From: a virus
Taxonomy: Duplodnaviria > Heunggongvirae > Uroviricota > Caudoviricetes
Length of the DNA stretch: 11,915 nt
Reading direction: 5' to 3' (one strand)
IMG/VR virus record: IMGVR_UViG_2671180012_000001
A model generated the notes under the pieces. That model worked only from the letters and a program-made list of their open reading frames with translations, was not told the origin of the DNA and ran no database searches. Numbering within the stretch: the stretch's first letter is position 1; each line of letters begins with the position of its first letter. Shown in pieces: positions 7,085-11,915 of this stretch. A program made the position numbers and the translations under genes.

Positions 7085-8125
7085 ATGGTTGATTTATATT
7101 CGCCTACTCAGCTTGTACAGGTGGTTAATGCTGTAGATGTACAAAAACAACTAAATGCGTTGTTTACCAGTTTGTTTTTTACTCGCTCGGTAATGTTTGA
7201 ATCGCGCGATATTATTCTTGATACAATCGACGATCCAAATATCCCAATTGCAGCGTTTTGTTCTCCTATGGTGGGTAGTAAAGTTTCACGTGACGAAGGG
7301 TACGAATCAAAAACAATTCGTCCAGGCTATATGAAGCCGAAAAGCAGCATTGATCCAAATAAGTTAGCTGTGCGCCCTGCTGGTGTATCACCTGAGCAAT
7401 ACAATGCTTTTGGGGCACGTAATATTAAAGTTAAACAGGCGATTGTAAATCAGGCTAAAGCTATTCGTGCACGTATTGAATGGCTTGCTGTTCAGGCAAT
7501 CACAACGGGGAAAAATATCATTGAGGGCGATGGTATTGAACGTTATGAGCTGGACTGGAATATAAAACCACAAAATATCATCACTCAGTCTGGCGGTACT
7601 GAGTGGTCAGGTAAGGATAAAGAAACTTTTGATCCAAATGATGATATTGAGAGCTACGCAGAATTTAGTGAGGGCGTCACTAATATCATCATTATGGGTG
7701 GTAATGTATGGAAGAAATACCGTTCATTCAGAGCGATAAAAGAGGCTTTGGATACCCGTCGTGGTTCTAATTCCGAACTGGAAACGGCCCTTAAAGACCT
7801 TGGTGATTCGGTGAGTTTTAAAGGGTATATGGGCGATGTTGCGATTGTTGTTTACAGCGGGCGTTATACCGACGAGGACGGAACAGAAAAACATTTCCTT
7901 GATCCTGATTTGATGGTGCTTGGCAATACGGCTCTTCAGGGGATTGTCGCCTATGGCGGTATTCAGGATCCGGAGCTAATCCGAATGGGGCTGACTAAAG
8001 CCGAACTTGCACCGAAAAACTATATTGTGCCTGGTGATCCGGCTATTGAATATGTGCAGACACATTCAGCACCACAGCCAATACCGGCCCGCATCAATCG
8101 TTTTGTTACCGTTCGCATTGGCTAA
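7085..8125 (+). CDS. Major capsid protein, lambda gpE family
   Basis: Translation aligns along its length with lambda E from memory, e.g. ITQSGGTEWSGKDKETFDPNDDIESYA, DTRRGSNSELETALKDLG, YMGDVAIVVYSG, MVLGNT, HSAPQP. Homology begins at MVDLYSPTQL (ATG 7085, GAGG at 7075-7078); the track ORF start at 6872 is an upstream in-frame extension with no homology. Confidence 0.85.
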   Translation: MVDLYSPTQLVQVVNAVDVQKQLNALFTSLFFTRSVMFESRDIILDTIDDPNIPIAAFCSPMVGSKVSRDEGYESKTIRPGYMKPKSSIDPNKLAVRPAGVSPEQYNAFGARNIKVKQAIVNQAKAIRARIEWLAVQAITTGKNIIEGDGIERYELDWNIKPQNIITQSGGTEWSGKDKETFDPNDDIESYAEFSEGVTNIIIMGGNVWKKYRSFRAIKEALDTRRGSNSELETALKDLGDSVSFKGYMGDVAIVVYSGRYTDEDGTEKHFLDPDLMVLGNTALQGIVAYGGIQDPELIRMGLTKAELAPKNYIVPGDPAIEYVQTHSAPQPIPARINRFVTVRIG

Positions 8126-8134
8126 GGGGGAGCA

Positions 8135-8476
8135 ATGGCTACTCATTACACTGAACTCATGGCTGGCACTGAAGCACTGGTGACTACGCTGGGGATATTT
8201 TCAGCTAATAAAGGGGTAATTCCTGCATTTACGCCACTGATGCAGGAAGATGCAACAGGTGCACTGGTGGTATGGGATGGTTCGAGCGTAGGTAAAGCGG
8301 TTTATGTTTCCGCTGTACAAATCGACACAGCGAAAAAAACACAGGCACAGGTTTATAAGACAGGTGTTTTAAATGTTGATGCTCTGAACTGGCCTGAGTC
8401 TGTAAAAGAACTGTCGGCAAAGGTTGCCGCGTTTGTTGGCTCAGGTATTTCTGTTCAGCCGCTGGCTCGTGTGTAA
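8135..8476 (+). CDS. Head decoration protein, lambda gpD family
   Basis: 113-aa ORF with AAGGGGGA RBS. Aligns with lambda D from memory: [20 protein letters not shown] vs [37 protein letters not shown] vs [27 protein letters not shown] vs TAFAGTAISIV. Confidence 0.8.
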   Translation: [113 protein letters not shown]

Positions 8477-8487
8477 AGGGGGATACA

Positions 8488-8871
8488 ATGCAGAATCATT
8501 ACAATGACCTTAAGCCAATTGCCGAAATGATGTATCCGGATCCAGCAGTAGAGGAATTAAAGGCTATTGCTGACAAAATGCGTTTAAGTGAACGCCTTGT
8601 TGATATGAATCAGGTGATGGAACTTACTACCCTTAGCCGTCGCACATTGCTAAACCTTGAGGCTAGTGGAGAGTTCCCGGAGCGTGTGCAGGTTACGGAA
8701 GGGCGTAAGGCCTGGTATTTAAGTGAAGTGATCGACTGGATAAACAATATTCCTCGATCTTCTGAATATTGCCGCGTACCTGTCCCAAAAAAGCCAGATG
8801 CGGCGCTATGCCTCAAGATTGAGCGTGTACGTCGCAATGCACGGGATGGTCGCTATAAGTTGATTGGTTGA
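8488..8871 (+). CDS. HTH DNA-binding protein (AlpA/MerR-like fold) with N-terminal extension; candidate regulatory or packaging-specificity factor
   Basis: 127-aa ORF with AGGGGGA RBS. The segment MELTTLSRRTLLNLEASGEFPERVQVTEGRKAWYLSEVIDWI fits an AlpA-type HTH. It lies directly upstream of the cos site. Confidence 0.6.
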   Translation: MQNHYNDLKPIAEMMYPDPAVEELKAIADKMRLSERLVDMNQVMELTTLSRRTLLNLEASGEFPERVQVTEGRKAWYLSEVIDWINNIPRSSEYCRVPVPKKPDAALCLKIERVRRNARDGRYKLIG

Positions 8872-8880
8872 TGAAATTAG

Positions 8881-8965
8881 GGCCCGTTCTGGCTGGCGGG
8901 TCCTTTCCGGCGATCCGGTAGGCTACGGGGCGGCGACCTCGCGGGTTTTCGCTATTTATGAGCCT
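8881..8965 (+). other. Lambda-type cohesive-end site; cosN 12-nt overhang sequence GGGCGGCGACCT at 8928-8939
   Basis: GGCTACG-GGGCGGCGACCT-CGCGGGTTTTCGCTATTTATGA matches the circularised lambda cos junction as recalled (right end ...GGTTACG, left end GGGCGGCGACCTCGCGGGTTTTCGCTATTTATGAAAA...). The upstream cosQ-side segment (CGGGTCCTTTCCGG.GATCCG) is also similar. Sequence downstream of 8962 (the cosB position) diverges from lambda. Confidence 0.8.
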
Positions 8966-9072
8966 TTTTCGGGTGCTGGTGGTGGTTTTGTTGTTCGCTC
9001 TATCTCTATGAATAAAAAGGAAAAGATAAAGCCAATACACCAACCTGAAACATTACTTAAGTGGGGATATTG

Positions 9073-9614
9073 ATGAAATCGCACCTGATGAACAAAAAAA
9101 ACATGGCGCAAAGCTGCCGTGTAAGTGCGACAGCGTTCGACAAGTGGGGAGTGACTCCCGTTGAACGTAAAGGCCGCGAGGCGTTTTATGATGTTGCCAG
9201 CGTAATAGACAATCGGGTTAGCAATGCAATTAACCAGATTACAGACGACAAAGGCGAGATTGATGATGATGAACTCCTACGAGTCAGGATCAGATTGCTG
9301 ACAGCACAGGCAGAGGCGCAGGAGCTTAAAAACGAGCGCGAACGCGGCGACGTTATTGATACAGCGTTTTGTATATACGTGCTTTCAAAATTGGCGAGTC
9401 AGATTTCTTCAATCATGGACAGCCTGCCGCTTGCCATGACAAGGAAGTTTCCCGACATGAAGCCGTCTATGCTGGATGGACTGAAAAAGAAGTTATCAGA
9501 GCCTGTAACGCATGCGCAAAACTTGACGAAAACATACCGCTGATGCTGTCCGATTATCTGATGGAAACTGCCGGAAACGTACCGGATAAGTTGCAGCCGA
9601 ATAAAGATAAGTAA
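9073..9614 (+). CDS. Terminase small subunit, lambda Nu1-like; full-length reading requires a -1 frame change at the A-run 9484-9490
   Basis: N-terminal frame (track ORF 9061..9543) aligns with lambda Nu1 from memory (LLTAQAEAQELKNERERGDVIDTAFCIYVLSKLASQISSIMDSLPLAMTRKFPD vs LTRAQADAQELKNARDSAEVVETAFCTFVLSRIAGEIASILDGLPLSVQRRFPE). The Nu1-like C-terminus (EKEVIRACNACAKLDENIPLMLSDYLMETAG vs KRDIIKAMNKAAALDELIPGLLSEYIEQSG) is in the -1 frame (track ORF 9369..9614). Start taken at ATG 9073 (GGGGA RBS); the true start could be 9088. Confidence 0.75.
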
Positions 9615-9625
9615 CGTAGTACGCT

Positions 9626-9907
9626 ATGACTGAATCCGAAATACTGCGATTAATCCGCCGTGCTTGTGGAATCAGCAAGCAGCATGACGAACAGGCCACG
9701 CAGCCGGACAGCGTGACCGCAGATAATTATGTGCGTGTAGTGGCTGAGGTGATGCGCCGTGACGGTATTGAGCTTAACGGCGTGGATATGCGCAACATAC
9801 GAACAAGAGTCCTTGAGTTGCTGGCATATCGTCGCCGTTCTCAACAACGGAGGGAGAGCGCGAAAAATACTTACCAGTGGAAGAAGCCGGAACGATTGCG
9901 GCGGTAA
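9626..9907 (+). CDS. Hypothetical basic protein (93 aa)
   Basis: ORF beginning 11 nt after the stop of the Nu1-like C-terminal frame; no clear Shine-Dalgarno; Arg-rich C-terminus (RRRSQQRRESAKNTYQWKKPERLRR). No recognisable homology. Confidence 0.35.
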   Translation: MTESEILRLIRRACGISKQHDEQATQPDSVTADNYVRVVAEVMRRDGIELNGVDMRNIRTRVLELLAYRRRSQQRRESAKNTYQWKKPERLRR

Positions 9908-9922
9908 CTTGCTGATATTCCC

Positions 9923-10132
9923 GATAACGCAAAATTGCGCTGGCTGACTTGTTGCATTGCAAAAAGTTAAGCAGGAAGGCACGGCCTGTAAGATGGGATG
10001 CAGTAAGTAGTTCAAGGCTACCTTGTGCTGGCACGCACAGTTAAGCCGTCGGTGCTGGATATCCCCCACTGGGGGAAAAGCTGGCTACATCCCTCACATC
10101 TGAGGACTGATAACGCGACATTGCGCTGGCTG
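9923..10132. repeat. Pair of 24-bp direct repeats (9923-9946 and 10109-10132) with adjacent TGCA-type palindromes
   Basis: GATAACGCAAAATTGCGCTGGCTG vs GATAACGCGACATTGCGCTGGCTG (22 of 24 identical), 186 bp apart. Nearby palindromes: TTGCATTGCAA (9952-9962), CCCCCACTGGGGG (10063-10075), GTGCAAAATTGCAC (10138-10151). Confidence 0.6.
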
Positions 10133-10158
10133 GCAAAGTGCAAAATTGCACGATGGCC

Positions 10159-10320
10159 TAACCCATTGATTATTTCGAAAACCTGCAATGCAGGAAATCG
10201 GGGAAGTAAGCCTAAGCTATTGATTGTTTCGAAAACCCCCATTGGGGGATGTCGGGAAAGTAAGACTAACCCATTGATTCTTCCACAATCCTCAATTTGA
10301 GGAGGCCGGAACGTCTACAT
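10159..10320. repeat. Three tandem 54-bp repeat units, each with a 13-bp hairpin palindrome of different sequence at the same offset
   Basis: Units start at 10159, 10213 and 10267 (TAACCCATTGATTATTTCGAAAACC / TAAGCTATTGATTGTTTCGAAAACC / TAACCCATTGATTCTTCC...). At offset 23 in each: CCTGCAaTGCAGG (10182-10194), CCCCCAtTGGGGG (10236-10248), CCTCAAtTTGAGG (10290-10302). Confidence 0.65.
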
Positions 10321-10722
10321 AGCTGCATCGCCGTAATGATGATTCAGCCCACCAGCCAAATCAGCACAGCAACGACAGAATAGCCCGACACAGAAAAACC
10401 ACGAATATGGGGTTTTTGTTATGACATGGTCATGATGACCACTCATACAAAACAGGTAAAGCCCACCAGCCTGATTAAAGGTTAACCGGAAAAAAGCCAG
10501 GTATCCAATCTCGATATGGGGATCCCTATATCGACATTAACGCCCACTAAAACTGTGCATATATGCATAGAAAAAGCATCCACCAGCTTTATGACGGATG
10601 CCGCTCATCTTATAAATAATCGTGTATTGCAGTGTGTATTGCGACTCCTTTAAACGATAGGTCTGAGCATTCGTAATGTACTGTTTTTAAATTTTATTTT
10701 TTCCTGTCTTTTCATAAAGGCG

Positions 10723-10946
10723 ATGTATGCCGCCACCATTGAGAGTGAGCTGGATACGCAGTCAGCGATGGATTTTATTCTGGGCGCGAACAGTCAGGAG
10801 CAGCGGGAAAGGCTGACCGGCTGGATTGGTGAAATTGCCGCGTATTACGCCGCAGCGCCGGTCCGGCTGGGAGGCGCAAAAGTACCGCACCTGATGCCGG
10901 GGGACTCACTGAACCTGCAGACGGCTCAGGACACGGATAACGGCTA
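10723..10946 (+). CDS. Hypothetical protein, 3' end truncated by the assembly gap
   Basis: ORF starting at ATG 10723 after an AT-rich, palindrome-containing upstream region and running into the N-run; the track translation beyond 10946 is an artefact of reading across Ns and the antisense tRNA. Confidence 0.3.
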
Positions 10947-10956
10947 NNNNNNNNNN
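10947..10956. other. Assembly gap (run of 10 N); true length is greater than 10 nt
   Basis: N10 in the sequence. The 22 nt needed to finish the adjacent tRNA are absent and the left flank does not match them. Confidence 0.95.
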
Positions 10957-11024
10957 ACCCCCGGTAGAGTTGCCCCTACTCCGGTTTTCGAGACCGGTCC
11001 GTTCAGCCGCTCCGGCATCTCTCC
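10957..11024 (-). tRNA. serU: tRNA-Ser (anticodon CGA), 5' 68 nt only; acceptor 3' end lost in the gap
   Basis: Reverse complement of 10957-11024 is GGAGAGATGCCGGAGCGGCTGAACGGACCGGTCTCGAAAACCGGAGTAGGGGCAACTCTACCGGGGGT, matching E. coli serU through the variable arm, with anticodon loop CUCGAAA. Confidence 0.85.
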
Positions 11025-11117
11025 GTTCAGATGGTTGCCATGATGCCAGGAAATTTGGCATTTTAACAGTCCCTGTCCGTGCAATTTTGTTCAAGTGACG
11101 AGTTTGCGAGCAAAACG

Positions 11118-11915
11118 ATGATTAAGTGGCCCTGGAAAGTACAAGAATCAGCACATCAAACTGCCCTTCCCTGGCAGGAAGCACTATCGATCCCCCTTTT
11201 AACGTGTCTGACGGAACAGGAACAAAGCAAATTAGTCACTCTTGCCGAACGTTTTTTACAGCAAAAGCGGCTTGTTCCTTTACAGGGCTTTGAACTGGAT
11301 TCATTAAGAAGCTGCCGGATAGCACTTCTATTTTGCCTACCCGTTCTGGAGTTAGGACTGGAATGGCTGGATGGTTTTCATGAAGTCTTAATTTATCCTG
11401 CGCCATTTGTGGTCGATGATGAATGGGAAGACGATATCGGTCTGGTGCATAACCAACGTATTGTTCAGTCAGGTCAGAGCTGGCAGCAAGGGCCTATCGT
11501 TTTGAACTGGTTGGATATACAAGATTCTTTTGATGCTTCTGGTTTTAACCTGATTATTCATGAAGTCGCTCATAAGCTGGACACCCGTAACGGCGATCGC
11601 GCCAGCGGAGTTCCCTTTATTCCGTTGCGTGAGGTTGCTGGCTGGGAACACGATCTTCATGCTGCAATGAACAACATTCAGGAAGAAATCGAATTGGTTG
11701 GCGAGAATGCGGCGAGCATTGATGCTTATGCAGCCAGCGATCCTGCTGAATGTTTTGCCGTACTTTCTGAATATTTCTTTAGCGCCCCAGAACTTTTTGC
11801 TCCTCGTTTCCCTTCATTGTGGCAACGTTTCTGCCAATTTTATCAACAAGATCCTTTGCAGAGACTGCATCACGCTAATGATACAGACTCGTTTTCGGCG
11901 ACGAATGTTCATTAA
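11118..11915 (+). CDS. mtfA: Mlc titration factor A (zinc-dependent peptidase family)
   Basis: 265-aa product [24 protein letters not shown]... with HEVAH zinc-binding motif, matching E. coli MtfA/YeeI as recalled. The track ORF start at 11079 is an upstream in-frame extension; the serU-mtfA adjacency matches the E. coli K-12 chromosome. Confidence 0.9.
   Translation: MIKWPWKVQESAHQTALPWQEALSIPLLTCLTEQEQSKLVTLAERFLQQKRLVPLQGFELDSLRSCRIALLFCLPVLELGLEWLDGFHEVLIYPAPFVVDDEWEDDIGLVHNQRIVQSGQSWQQGPIVLNWLDIQDSFDASGFNLIIHEVAHKLDTRNGDRASGVPFIPLREVAGWEHDLHAAMNNIQEEIELVGENAASIDAYAASDPAECFAVLSEYFFSAPELFAPRFPSLWQRFCQFYQQDPLQRLHHANDTDSFSATNVH

Larger units (their letters stand above)
1..10946. mobile_element. 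Integrated phage satellite / PICI-like island (int-alpA, regulatory block, replication module with ori, capsid-cos-small terminase module); right boundary inferred at tRNA-Ser, left boundary at or upstream of window start
   Basis: Contiguous co-directional modules of integrase, AlpA, P4-family replication protein, iterons, SSB, lambda E/D-like capsid genes, cos and Nu1-like terS, with no portal, large terminase, tail or lysis genes; host tRNA-Ser and mtfA lie immediately to the right. Confidence 0.65.

Noticed and set aside
8864-9073. 69-aa + strand ORF spanning the cos site
   Set aside because: Covers the cohesive-end site and its flanks, which are cis-acting DNA; Gly/Ala-rich translation, no homology; starts inside the stop region of the upstream gene.
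9650-10069. 139-aa minus-strand ORF (and the nested 9774..10034 ORF)
   Set aside because: Antisense to the 9626..9907 ORF and extends into repeat-rich non-coding DNA; Cys/His/Leu-rich, no RBS or homology.
10018-10300. Overlapping ORFs 10018..10242 (-) and 10025..10300 (+) in the tandem-repeat region
   Set aside because: Their translations simply mirror the 54-bp repeat periodicity; neither has a credible start context. Treated as non-coding repeats.
10159-10320. CRISPR array hypothesis for the tandem repeats
   Set aside because: The repeated portions are not identical, there are no unique spacers between identical repeats, and the variable part is a palindrome at a fixed offset. No cas genes are present in the window.
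10947-10956. Reading the N10 run as exactly 10 unknown bases inside an otherwise intact tRNA
   Set aside because: The tRNA needs 22 more nt on its 3' side, and the 12 nt left of the Ns (GGATAACGGCTA) do not match the expected reverse complement of the serU 3' end, so the gap length is unknown and the tRNA call is partial.
11079-11117. Upstream extension of mtfA (track start at 11079)
   Set aside because: The known MtfA N-terminus MIKWPWK begins at ATG 11118 and gives the expected 265-aa product; the extension would begin inside the tRNA-mtfA intergenic region.

Overview
Most of this window (about 1 to 10946) reads as an integrated phage-satellite island with the gene order of Gram-negative phage-inducible chromosomal islands (PICIs), sitting beside the host serU tRNA and mtfA. 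Left to right it carries: a P4-type tyrosine integrase and a small AlpA-type regulator; a BRO-N protein; a divergently transcribed ribbon-helix-helix (RHH) regulator with operator palindromes; a chain of six small coupled ORFs running into a P4/D5-family replication helicase; an iteron origin; an SSB; homologues of lambda major capsid protein E and decoration protein D; a second HTH protein; a lambda-type cos site; and a Nu1-like small terminase that needs a -1 frameshift to be read full length. A repeat-rich non-coding tail of about 800 bp follows. No portal, protease, large terminase, tail or lysis genes are present, so the element looks helper-dependent. The window is a draft scaffold: an N10 gap at 10947-10956 cuts off the 3' end of tRNA-Ser and hides the presumed att junction. 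All homology calls are from reading the translations against remembered reference sequences (lambda E, D, Nu1, cos; E. coli SSB, MtfA, serU); nothing was searched or computed.
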